Shown here: positions 45,773 to 57,300 of the stretch, one piece after another | How the letters are laid out: every line of letters begins with the position of its first letter | Numbering within the stretch: position 1 is the stretch's first letter | Source of the DNA: a virus | Taxonomy: Duplodnaviria > Caudoviricetes | IMG/VR virus record: IMGVR_UViG_3300044647_001578 | Span: 1-64,000 of that record | Length of the DNA stretch: 64,000 bases | Reading direction: 5' to 3' (one strand) | Program-made: the position numbers and the translations under genes | Notes under the pieces: generated by a model | What the model was told of the DNA's origin: nothing | Databases searched by the model: none | What the model saw: only the letters and a program-made list of their open reading frames with translations

Positions 45773-46747
45773 TTAGAAACCCAAGCCTAGCCTATATTCA
45801 ATGTCCATCTGCTTGCCTAAAGTTTTTGTAATAACATCAGTTAGCACAGACCTGCTTATCATTCCATAGTCTGTCCTAAAAGAGTCTTCGTCGTTTATTC
45901 TAAGTCCGTCCAGAAGGGCTGTTGTTGCCCCAGAGCTTTTGGCTTTAACTCCAATTGATATTTTAACTATTGATGATTTATCTGGTGTGCCAGATGTAAA
46001 TCCGCTGGTATATAAGTTGCTTAACTTTAATGGCTTAACCTTATAGCCTATCGGAGAATCTCCAGTATACTGCGTAGATGTTTCTCCAGGATATCTAATT
46101 TCATAATAGTTATTATTTGAATCATATGCTCTTAAGAATATATAGTCTAAGTTTAAATCGCTCTGATAATAAGCCAGGGTCATGCTGTCGTTTGCGCTAT
46201 ACCCAGAGATGTCTAGATTAAAGTCATAGAAATAATCTTTTGATTGTGATGCTGCTGCGCCAATTGACATATAGTACGGACCTATTTTAGGAGATGATAT
46301 GGTAACTAGACTTGGGTAACCTCCAGAACTATCTACCCAAGACTGATTGTCCTCAAATGAAGATATAGATCTACTTGCAAAGTCAGTTGTGCCAATGGTT
46401 ATATTTGGGAATAAGCCAATCTCATTGATTATTCCAGATACATCCACTGGGATTGTTGTTTTATATACAACACCGTATGTGCTTTGACCAGTTGTTTGGC
46501 TTGTCTGTATATCTACACTTGTTATGTTTACTTCTGATCGATAGAATTCAAAATTAAGCTGTGTATCATTTACGGTTGCTGGTACTGATCCGATTCCTAA
46601 AGCAATATCTTTTGCTGTAGTGGTCGCTTGCCCAGCCAAGTATTCCGTTATATACCTTTTACCAAACTTGGTTAAAATGTTTTTAGATCTTGCAATCTCT
46701 TTTCCATCTTCATAGAATATGTATTCTCCATAAATATTATTGTCCAT
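45773..46747 (-). CDS. minor tail/baseplate protein
   Basis: N.LT..G...DTQL.FE...INEIGL pattern; tail context. Confidence 0.65.
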   Translation of the reverse strand: MDNNIYGEYIFYEDGKEIARSKNILTKFGKRYITEYLAGQATTTAKDIALGIGSVPATVNDTQLNFEFYRSEVNITSVDIQTSQTTGQSTYGVVYKTTIPVDVSGIINEIGLFPNITIGTTDFASRSISSFEDNQSWVDSSGGYPSLVTISSPKIGPYYMSIGAAASQSKDYFYDFNLDISGYSANDSMTLAYYQSDLNLDYIFLRAYDSNNNYYEIRYPGETSTQYTGDSPIGYKVKPLKLSNLYTSGFTSGTPDKSSIVKISIGVKAKSSGATTALLDGLRINDEDSFRTDYGMISRSVLTDVITKTLGKQMDIEYRLGLGF

Positions 46748-47078
46748 ATACGTTTGCCCCCACAACTGAATCTCCTACGTGATTTTTAACATTAAAAACA
46801 AATTCAATGTACTGATTTTTATTTTTATCTGTGACGAGCTTTTTACTTACTAAAGTAATGTCTTCAAGGTTGGGTGCATCAAATTCATTTGGTAGTGGTG
46901 GCGGATTTACAACTTCTGAACCTTCTCCACCCTCTCCGTCGACAACAACTTGATCAAAAGAATAAGGGTCAACTATAACATAATAGTCTGGCTTAAGTGT
47001 TTTAATTAGCGGGTCGTCGGGGAAAAGGAAAAGCTTTTGAGGCTTTGCTGATGCCGATGAAGGTTGTCTAGTGCTCAT
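46737..47078 (-). CDS. hypothetical tail-region protein
   Basis: TAGAAT 6 nt before ATG. Confidence 0.65.
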   Translation of the reverse strand: MSTRQPSSASAKPQKLFLFPDDPLIKTLKPDYYVIVDPYSFDQVVVDGEGGEGSEVVNPPPLPNEFDAPNLEDITLVSKKLVTDKNKNQYIEFVFNVKNHVGDSVVGANVYGQ

Positions 47079-47095
47079 ATCTACATTCTACCATT

Positions 47096-50000
47096 TCATC
47101 CAGTATAAATCGATCTACAGACTATACTTGTAGTTGGTGGAGAAGTAGAGTCATAAGTGTTGTCTAACGATAATATTACAAATTTGCTAGCCGCATATCC
47201 TGTAGGTATACCAACATCTTCTGTGGAATATATTTTATTCTCTGGATACGATATCTCAATAACATCTCCGACCTGCAAAAGAGGGTTAATAAAAGTTTGA
47301 AGAGATAACACTTTCTGCTGTTTTGACCATTGGTCTGTCATCCATTTTGCAAGGGCTTTTGCCTCATCCTCTCTTTGGATCCAAGTAGAGTCAAACGCCA
47401 CCTGCTCCTTTTTATCCTCATCTGTTAGGTCTGGGTTAATATATTCAAACTGATCAGACGGAGTTATGAAGTCTCCAACCACAATAAATTGCTTTTCTTC
47501 TCCGTTGGCAAGAGATGTAAATGCACCAGTATTGTTTAATACAAATGTATCCATAGTAAATGGATCAAGGGATGCTCCAACAATTGTTACGTCCTCGTTA
47601 TTTACCAGCTGCGTATATCTTGGGAATCCTGGTGTTGTATATCTTGCTTTAATTCTTCTTAGCTCTCTTGCCACTGGCCCAAATTCTTTTAGCCACGAAA
47701 CGGTAGCTATTGTTTCACCCTTATTAAATATAAAATCCCCAAAAGTTTTTATTACAGAGGAAGCTCCGCCAACAAACCCTTTGTATAGGCTGTACTCGTC
47801 TTTTGAAAGGAACTCTTCTTTTGCAATTGATGTTGTATAAACATAGTCAAATGCCGAAACCCCTTGCAAAGACAACAGGCCTATTTTTTCTGTTATGTTT
47901 ATTGGGTCGGTATCAATTACTGCAATGACAGCATTATTAATTGATATCTTAAGGGCTAAAGCTTTTTTTGTTCCGTTTGCTGGAATGGACCAGTTAGCCT
48001 TTATATCAATTCTATAAAGCTCTCCGCCATTAATATTTGTTATAATTGTTCCATCTGTTTCTTTTTGAGACGTTGTCATCTTGATAGGCTTGCCAGCAGT
48101 TATTTTATAAAAATTAACATCTCTATAGTTTTTGTCAACTGTTGCATTCTGTGAAGTTCCTATTGTAAGCATATATCCACTTTTATTGTCTGGGCTTAAA
48201 GCAAATGCAATACCAGATATTGTTTTTTGATTTCCTGTGGCCTTTTGAGATACCTCGTCAACTAATAGCGGGAAATACATATTAGTTCCAATTGCAAAGC
48301 TGTTATTGCTGGTTGGTGTTACATCTCCTAAAAACTTTGCATCCTCTTTAGTTGTTACTAGCGAGTATACTGTGTTTGGTACAATTATGTTTGGTTTGGA
48401 TGGATCTTCATTTGTTTTTTCTGTATGCAGTGGGGCATTGATTGTCATCATTGATCTTGGTATAGAGTTTAAAAGGTTGTCTTTATTTTTTATAGGGTTG
48501 CCCTTTTCATCTCTTTTTACTTCTGTCTCTGTTAATTTAAAAATAGATTGATCTACATTGCTAAATGTTCCTTCGGCTGAGGTCCACTTTCTGCCTTCCC
48601 ATTCATTTGCAAGAGAGTCTGTGTTTACATTATGAGTTAATGAGGCTGTGTCTGTTGGCTTTACTACTTCAAAAACATTTCTAGCTTTTATTCTATATAC
48701 ACCAGTTGGCTTAAATGTGTTTGGCTGTGCCAAGCCTTGATATTTTTGAATATCGGCTTCAGATGTTATCCATTTAGATTCAGAGGCTTCTCCTCCAATT
48801 GGTATGTATTCATACAGGATGGCATCGTATTCAATAATTTCTTTTTCTACAACTAAGTATCCAGTAAATGAATAGAATTGTTTTTCTTGTCCCGATATAA
48901 CTACTGGCTGTAATCTTATTACACCGTCTTTTGCATAGAGCTCTGGTTTATCTTCATTCCATTTTGGAGCTACTGGAAGCAAAGTGTCCGTCAATGCTGC
49001 CGCACCTAGTGTTACTACTGGAGAAGTGTAAAGATTATCAGCGTTTACTAAATAAGAAGAGCTTAGCTGTGGACTATATAAAACTTTAATCGCCTTTACT
49101 GATGGTACGTTGTCAATAGATAAAGAAGCTATGTTTGCTAGGTTCGTAACGGATCCAGAATATTTTGGGGAATATCTAAACGATGCTCTTATGGGATTAT
49201 CTTTTGCGAATATCTTATCTCTAGGATAAAACTGCAGGATGTCATTGTGATCAAATATTGCTACAGTTTGTGTGTCTTTACATAAATCTTGTATGTGCTG
49301 CCATACAGTTTTTTCTTTATTTGTATACCAGTGGAAAGGCGTTATAGTAGAAGTATCGCTATCGGATAAATTAAATTGATAATTTGTAAATCCAATTGAA
49401 TCTAAGAGCCTTCTGATTATTGCAACGGAAGACATGTCTGATGTTACTATGTCTGGTGGCTTTATGTATTGAAGTTCTCTAGCACCGTCCAAGGACATTA
49501 TGTCTACCAAGCCAAATTCATCAACGCTATAAGAATCTATGTAGAATGTTCCAAGCTTTACAATCTCCATATCAACTCTTACGTATGGCTTAAGGATAAC
49601 ATTTTTATACAAATTGATTTTATTTTTATTAAATGAATTTATCTTATCGTAGTTTTCATATCCTTTGTCGTATGCATTTACTGAAATTCTCATTGAGTTT
49701 GCTGTTACATCTCCGACTGGGACTATGCCGTCAACTTTGTCAGATGAGTTTGCTGATATATTAAAAGACTCTACCCTCTCTCCTATATCAATAACATATC
49801 TTGCTGACAGCTCGACCATTCCGAGAAATCCTAATTTAGGCGCAGTGCTTGTATCTGGTTTGGTTGATATTGGCACACTTATCTTTTTTACTTCTAGTTT
49901 TAATTTATGAATGTCAATAGATTTTTGAGTATCTAAATCTGCCTCAACAGTTGTCCATGTTGGAAGTCCGTTATAGTATATGTTTATAACGCCATTAACA

Positions 50001-50614
50001 ATACCAGCAGATGTTCCATTATAGATTGTTGTTTCGACCCCGTCCTTATTTGTTGCTTTTAGGTTCCATTCTGTTGGAGTTGAGTGTGATGTTTCAAACT
50101 TAACAACTATTTTATTAGCCGCCGCTGTTTTTAAAATTGGGTACTCTACAGTTAATATGCAATTGGTTAGAGATGTATCTCCTGTTGGGCTAAGCACTAC
50201 AGATGGGGATACCCAATATTTATATGGCAGCTGCATGCTTGAAAAGTATAATCTTTTGTTAAAAGAACTTGACGATGCATATGACTGCTTTGACCCTATT
50301 CCACTTTCTAAGTTTGCCCTTACGCTTCTGTCTCCGTCAATGATATACTGAATGCCAGCCAGCTTTGGTCTTCTTGGATCTATTATGCTGGTTATTGGAA
50401 ATAGCTTTTCAAATGGTCTATAAGTATTTCCATAAGCATCTGTTTTTGTTACCTGAAGATCACCAGAAGGATTTGCGGCTGTTCCATTTGGGCCACGCAT
50501 AGTAACGCCATCAATTAAATCATTCATGTTATATTCTACAAAGCACCCATTAGTCATTTTAAATGACTGTGACGTGTTTAAATATCCAAGTAGGCCTGGT
50601 GATCCTGTAATCAT
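47096..50614 (-). CDS. large minor tail protein (tail tip/hub)
   Basis: Second gene after TMP; C-terminal NPLLQVGDVI hub motif. Confidence 0.7.
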   Translation of the reverse strand: MITGSPGLLGYLNTSQSFKMTNGCFVEYNMNDLIDGVTMRGPNGTAANPSGDLQVTKTDAYGNTYRPFEKLFPITSIIDPRRPKLAGIQYIIDGDRSVRANLESGIGSKQSYASSSSFNKRLYFSSMQLPYKYWVSPSVVLSPTGDTSLTNCILTVEYPILKTAAANKIVVKFETSHSTPTEWNLKATNKDGVETTIYNGTSAGIVNGVINIYYNGLPTWTTVEADLDTQKSIDIHKLKLEVKKISVPISTKPDTSTAPKLGFLGMVELSARYVIDIGERVESFNISANSSDKVDGIVPVGDVTANSMRISVNAYDKGYENYDKINSFNKNKINLYKNVILKPYVRVDMEIVKLGTFYIDSYSVDEFGLVDIMSLDGARELQYIKPPDIVTSDMSSVAIIRRLLDSIGFTNYQFNLSDSDTSTITPFHWYTNKEKTVWQHIQDLCKDTQTVAIFDHNDILQFYPRDKIFAKDNPIRASFRYSPKYSGSVTNLANIASLSIDNVPSVKAIKVLYSPQLSSSYLVNADNLYTSPVVTLGAAALTDTLLPVAPKWNEDKPELYAKDGVIRLQPVVISGQEKQFYSFTGYLVVEKEIIEYDAILYEYIPIGGEASESKWITSEADIQKYQGLAQPNTFKPTGVYRIKARNVFEVVKPTDTASLTHNVNTDSLANEWEGRKWTSAEGTFSNVDQSIFKLTETEVKRDEKGNPIKNKDNLLNSIPRSMMTINAPLHTEKTNEDPSKPNIIVPNTVYSLVTTKEDAKFLGDVTPTSNNSFAIGTNMYFPLLVDEVSQKATGNQKTISGIAFALSPDNKSGYMLTIGTSQNATVDKNYRDVNFYKITAGKPIKMTTSQKETDGTIITNINGGELYRIDIKANWSIPANGTKKALALKISINNAVIAVIDTDPINITEKIGLLSLQGVSAFDYVYTTSIAKEEFLSKDEYSLYKGFVGGASSVIKTFGDFIFNKGETIATVSWLKEFGPVARELRRIKARYTTPGFPRYTQLVNNEDVTIVGASLDPFTMDTFVLNNTGAFTSLANGEEKQFIVVGDFITPSDQFEYINPDLTDEDKKEQVAFDSTWIQREDEAKALAKWMTDQWSKQQKVLSLQTFINPLLQVGDVIEISYPENKIYSTEDVGIPTGYAASKFVILSLDNTYDSTSPPTTSIVCRSIYTG

Positions 50615-51300
50615 TAAACTTCTTCCAGTGCTATAGATACATCCCAGAATTCTTGCGCCTCTGGCAGAACCGTAACGGCAGATGCCGTTGATGAGGCAGG
50701 TGTTCCAGATATAGTTCCTGCAACAGTAAATGATGTTGGAGTTGCTGCGGTGATAGTAAATACTCCGTTATATGCTGCAAATGTTGCTCCAGATACGCTA
50801 ATCTTATTTCCAACTGCAAAACTATTTCTACCAGTATATGTTGTTACTCCAGCAGCATACGATATAGCGGTTATGTTTGAATTTTTAAATACTCCACCCG
50901 TTTTTAAATTTCTTCTTGTAACAGTAAAACTACAAGATGTGAATGACATCATCATTGTTTTTTCTCTTGAGGCGGTTCCGTTTGGAGAAACTTTTACATT
51001 AAATGCACCTTGACCAGCAACTGACTCATAGAACTCTTTAATGTTCATAGCCCCCCAGGCTCCATCTACAGTCATAGAAGAATATGTTGGTAAGCCTATC
51101 CAACTAACTGAAAGAATGTCTTTATCAGCAATAAATATCTTTCTTAATGTTCCATTTGACATTCTCTGGGTTTTTTCAATTCTCTGTATATCCAATGTAG
51201 CGCTTGCTCTATTGTGCTCGCTTAATGCCTGCCAGACTACAGGGGTAACCGATGTGTTTTCAAATTTTATAAGGGATCCAAGCGGAAGGGTTAGCGCCAT
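50614..51300 (-). CDS. distal tail protein-like with inserted beta domain
   Basis: First gene after TMP; RMSNGTLR...; ends LEEV. Confidence 0.65.
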   Translation of the reverse strand: MALTLPLGSLIKFENTSVTPVVWQALSEHNRASATLDIQRIEKTQRMSNGTLRKIFIADKDILSVSWIGLPTYSSMTVDGAWGAMNIKEFYESVAGQGAFNVKVSPNGTASREKTMMMSFTSCSFTVTRRNLKTGGVFKNSNITAISYAAGVTTYTGRNSFAVGNKISVSGATFAAYNGVFTITAATPTSFTVAGTISGTPASSTASAVTVLPEAQEFWDVSIALEEV

Positions 51301-54300
51301 TATTTAACTCCTACTGTCATTGATGTGCCAGACATTTTAGAATTTCGGGAATCAAGAGTCTTGATTGCTGTGATAGTCTTCTGTGTTACTATATTTGACA
51401 ATTGATTTATATCCCCATCGAATCCATTAATGTTATTTGTAATATTATATGTTGCTCCACCCATTGTAGCATTATTAGCGTTTGGATTAAAGGGGTTCAT
51501 GTTAGCAGGAACAACTGCTTCATTCTTATGAAGCATAGCAAGCATATCTACAGGAACACTATTTATTCCAGTTTCAAATTTAGGAATATTAAATTTACCT
51601 CCCTTTAAGTATCCTCCAGTTGCGCCCCTAACCATATCATCATCCATAAGATCTGAAATCTGAGCTATTTTTTCCATAAATTCTTTGTTAGAAATAGCGC
51701 CATTGGCATACTGACCTATGATTGAGTCTCTCATTGCTTTTAAGTCATTCTCATTTGGATAAATTTTTCCACTTTGGTACTTTCCAAAACGTGTCCACAT
51801 CAAAAGTGCATCTAAGGCTTTTTGAGTAGTGCTAATTCCAGGACCAATTTCTCCTATTGATGTTCTGTACGTATTAAGAATAGAGGTAAACGGATTGCTT
51901 CCTGAGCTTCTGGCCAACATGTCTATGTCACTAGAATTATGACCACCATCAAACCTTACTCCAAGCTTAGCTGCCAGTTCCATTATTGTTTCTTGATTTA
52001 AAGATTGATGCTCTCCGCCTACGGCGTATGAGTACGGTTGATCTATTCCAATTTGTTTTTTTGCTTTATCAATTGCTAATATTTGCAAAGCTCTTTGAGC
52101 GCTTTGACCTGCATCTCCCTCATAAGGATTTCTTGCTGGGGCATAGAAATCTTGATCTCCGTACATTCTTACATGATCTGGGTCAGATTTTTTAGCAGCG
52201 TCAAATTGTTCTATCGGCCTTAAGTTTTTATTTTCATTAACTTCTTTTAATATTTCATCAAGCTCTCTTTGAGAGTATTTTTCTTTTGACAAATAAAATA
52301 TTTCTTTTGTTGAAGGGTTTTCTGTAATTACTGGAAGAGGCTCTCCGTCTTTGTGTAGCCCAAGCTCTTTTAATTTTGAAATGTAAGCAGATTCTTCTAA
52401 TGGAAAAACTGAGCTAAGCTGTCCTTCTTTTTTGCTGTAATGGAATGGCTTTCCGAATCCTTGCAAGAAATAGCTGTCTGCCGAATGCAGCTGCTCTGGC
52501 TTTCCATTGTATTTCATTAAATTAGAAAGTGTACTTACAATAAATGGCTTATCTGGTTTCCATGCACCCTGCATATGAGACTGAACTGCATCATAAATTC
52601 CAAAGTGTCTTGATGTTCTAGCTATGGAATGTGAGGCAGCGTCATCGGTTCCAGCAACGGAACCCTTTGGCCCTACAAATCTATCAAATATTTTAAATCC
52701 TGCAGCTGTTTCAAAAAGATCTCCTTGTCCGTCTGTTCTTGGAAACTCATCATTAAACACTCTTATCATTGGAATATCGTCTGGCGTCGTAGGAATATAG
52801 TGTGGTTCCATTCCTCGTGCTCTGTAGGCTGCAATCTCTGCTCTAGTTAAAGGTTCTTCTCCACGATTTCCAAAGAATCCACCTCGTAGGCCGCCATTGT
52901 ATTCAGTTCTTGCATCTGCTGCTATTTTTGCTAATCTAGCTTTTTCTGCATACTCTTCAGCCATTCTAGAAAGTATTGGTGCCATGGCTTTTGTTTTAGA
53001 TTTAATAGCAATGGAGTCTTTTGCATTTCCCTTCATTGCAGAAATTAATTGAATAAGCCCTTCTGAGCTTGAAGAGTTTGTTATAGCGTATGGGTCAACA
53101 TTTTTTAAATTCACATTACCTGCTGCTAGCATATTCATTAAAAATTCTTTTACGTCTCTATCGCCCCATTGATATCCTGAATTTATTTTGTCCAGCAGGT
53201 CTTGAGCTTTTTTGTTTGAAGGATCTTTTTTCAAAACATAGGACAGTATTCCCTCTGGGGTTGTAGGTATAACAGCAGAAACCTGATGATTTGTTAACAA
53301 TGAACTTAAGTTTTCATCTATTCCTTGGAATACAACAGCATCATTTCCAAAAGGTCCTCCTGAATGAAGTGGTACGCTCATTCCTTCATGTAATACATAT
53401 GGAGGGTAAACGTTATTTGGTTTAAACTGCTCTGCAGTAACTTTTACTTTTGGCTTTTGTATTGTTGGAGCTAGCTTGCTTTCAACAAATGGTCTTGCTC
53501 CGCCAATTACTGCAGCAGTTGCTGCGTTTGTTGCAAGCTTTGATCCTGCTGCTCCAAGGAATGGGAATGAGCCCTTTGGCAATAAAGCGCCAAGCCCTGG
53601 TATTCCTTTTGAAATTCCCAACTGCTCAATAAATGCTCTTCCGAATGCAGTTGATACAGTACCAGTTAATCCTGCAGTTAATAAATTTAGTCCGCCAGTT
53701 ATCCATTCACCTTTCTTAAAATCTTTACCTGTACTGTTCATCTTTGAAGCATTTGGACCAAAGGTCAATGTTAATATCTTACTGGTTATGTCGTCGTAAA
53801 TTGCACCAGTGCCACCTCCATTTTGAAATAGGCCTTTCCAGTTTGAGGCTGTTGTGTACTTTTCCCATTGAGAAGGACCTTTTTTAGTCCATTCTCCATT
53901 TTTATTTTTATAGTAATCAGGATTTTTCTCATACAGCTTATCCATTGCTTTATCGGTTGCTGCTTGCTTTTGTGGAGTCATTGCGCTCATTGTGACTTCA
54001 TGAGAACCATCAGCTCTATGTGGGTGTACTGCTCCACCCTTATGGAATTTTCCAGGAATCTTTAAGTCTAATAATGACTTTACATTTCTTTCAAGTACAC
54101 TACGAAGTACCTTGAGTTGGCCCTCATCAGTTATTCCGCTCTTAGTTAAGATATCATCTATAAATTTTTCTGGACCCTGCTTTGCTATTGACTTTCTTAC
54201 AGAAGCAAATCCCTTAGTAAATTGAGAAGCTTGTTTTCCAACTAAAGTGCTGCCAGCCTTTAATGCTGTTTCAGCTGGGTTGGTTAAACTATCTATCATT

Positions 54301-57300
54301 CCCCAGTCAAATGCTCCAAGAGTTTTTTTGCCCTTAAGCAGTAGGTTTCCTGGATGCATGTCTCCGTGGCCTAGTATAGATGAAACTGCTCTCATCTTTC
54401 CAAAGCTCTTCATTGAAGCATTGGCTTTAAGCCAATCCATGTCAAGCGCTCCATGTGGCAACATTGCACCAGCATCTTCTAGTGTTTTCATTCCCTTTGA
54501 TGCAAAGTCTTTACTTAATATGACAGATAAATTTTTCCAACTGCCCAAGATGTTGTCAGTACTTGGCATTTTAAATCTTTTAGCTATTGTAGACCCAGTT
54601 ACTTCAAATGCACCTTCCATTACATCCTGCATAATCTTCATGTAATGTACAGATCCATCGGCTGCCTGCATTATAGACGGCCTTGACTTTCCTTTTGTAG
54701 ACTTTCCTATATTCATCAGGTCATCAAAATTACCAGCCTTTAATTTTTGTCCAACTTTAATTGCTTGTAATGCTTTAGGAATTGATTTTAGTACAAGACC
54801 AACGCCCTTGGCTATCGGTCCGCCTGCAAACGTTGATCCTATGCTTGTGTAGTCGTTCCATTTTCCTTCGCCTGCGTATATATTAGTCGCAGACTGCTGA
54901 AGGTACTTGCCAAAAAGTTCATATAATATTGGGCCGCCAGGATTCGTGTGTTTCATAACTGGTGTCATTGTATTAGAGAATGAATGCACAAGGTTAGACC
55001 AATCAGATCTCTTGCTTGGATCTGAAACTTCTCCTGGTTCTAAGAACTTAAGCCAATTAGTGCCTCCAGAATTTCCAGCACTTGAAGTATTCCCAAGATT
55101 CATACCTTGCTCTTCACGGTATTGATCTACTGTCTTATACTTACTCTTAGTCTTTGGCAGATTTCTTCCGTGACGATGACCCACTTCGCCACCTGTGTGG
55201 AATCCAATAGCCTTTTTAACTTTCTTAAATAGCTTGCCCCAGTCAATAACAGACTCCATAGATCCGCCAGAAACTAATGTACCATTTGGACCAATGCTTC
55301 CGCCGCCTTCTATTTTGCCTTTACTTAAAAAGGTTTCATGTTTTTCTGGAACAAACTCTGGATAAATTGTTTTATATTTATCTGGTAAGAATAGCTCTGC
55401 TCTTCTGTTTCTGGCTCTGTTCTCAGCAGTTGTATTTGGAACAAGAGGTCTGTACTCCCCGTATCCCACTGGCGTAAATGCTGTACCAGGAACAAACTTT
55501 GACATATATTCTGCAATAGCATTTGCTCTATTTTGTGAAAGGATCTTGTTGTCTTTTCCTTTACCTACAGAGTCTGTGTGTCCTTGAACAACTATTGATG
55601 CCAGCTTATGTTTAATAAGATCTTTAGCGATTGCCTGAAGTTCTAGTCTTTGTTCTTTATTTAATGTGTAAGAGTTTGTAGCAAAATTAGCTGTAATAGG
55701 CGGAACTTCAATTTTAATTATTTGCTTATTAGCATCTTGCCATGCTTCTATAGGGCCCATTAGCTTTCCGCCCTGCATGTTTACATTTATATTTGATCCG
55801 CCAGTTCCAAATGAGCTATTATGCTTAGATTGAGGAGTTGGATTTATTGGACCGCCCGCTGCATACTTGCCAGCATTTAATGCATCAAATGTTTCTACTC
55901 CGTATTTAGAAACCGAGTCCGCTTTAATTACATATTCGCCATTTGAAAGATAAGCTGGAATAGAATCTGATGTTGCAGTTCCTGCTCCCCTAATATGTCC
56001 ACCATCTGCTCTGTTATACGGGTTACCAGTTCTTTCTATGCTTCCATTATCTCTAACTTTAAAGGTAGAAATCTTTCCGTCTTTGTCTGTTACAGAGAAA
56101 AATTCACCAGGATTTACCCCTCTTTCTTTTGCAAGTGCCTCAAGTCTCTGGCTTATTCCCATCGGGCCCCAGTCTTTTCTAGCATTACCATAGCTCTCTA
56201 AAGAAGCTCCTGGTATAGTTGTTGTACCTGTTCCAGCTTTCCCAAGATTGTATGGGTCTGACCTAGTGCCGCTTCCAGAGTCTGGACCAATATTTAATCT
56301 TTTGCCGTCAATATTTATAATCACATTTCCGTTAACATCAATTGTACTTAATGCACCAAGCTTGCCTTCAAGGCTAGCAACCATTGCAGCGCCTAAGTCT
56401 AGATCTTTTAATCCATTAAGTTTAACTCCAGCCTTTTCTGCTGCGTCAGCAACTGCTGCAAGCATCTTCTTTGACTGTTCGCCCGTCCTCCAAGCTTGTC
56501 TTTCTGCTTCTGGCTTCTTTAGCAATTCTATTTGCCAGTTAAGCATCGCAGTATTTACTTCTGAAATTGCACTTTCAGTATCGGTAATTTTGCCACTTAG
56601 ATCCCCAAGCTTTTCTCCTGCTAATTGAGCATTGTCTGAGATTCCTTGCTGCTTGCTCTGTATGGCTTCAATTAGTTTTTGAAGTGGAACATTCTTTAGA
56701 ATATTTGAATCTTCAATTGATTTTTTCTGTGCGTTATATTGAAGCTCACTCTGGTATCCTTGTATATCAAGGCTTGCTTGTTGAGCACCAGCAATGTTTC
56801 CAGTTGCAAGTGCGGCATCATATTCTGCCTGCTTCTTTGCAATCTCTCTTCCTATATCGCCTTCTTGCTTTGCTGCGTCTAGCGCCTTAAGTCTTGCATC
56901 TGCAAGCTTATTGTTTGCATCTATTTGTTTTTGAAGTGAAGCAATCTTATCTCTATCTGATATTTGATCTGCTACAGATTGTCCTCTTGCTGCCTTTTGA
57001 TATTTTGTCTGAAGCTGCAACATTCTGTCTAGATCAGCATATTGCTTTTTCAATACGCCTTCTCTGTTAGCAGATTCAACTTTTTTACCTAAAGATATCT
57101 GAAGGTTATAAAGATCGTTTGTCTGCTCTGCGTTAAGGGCCCTTAAGTCTCCAGTGTATCCCTTAACTTGAATTCTTGTTTTTTGCCATAAAGATAAAGC
57201 AGTTTCTTGCTCGTTAACAATTTGTCTAATTGATGGGTCAATTTTTGCCATCTCATCAACGACCTCTTTGGTTAAGTAAACTTGATTTTCAACTTGGCTA

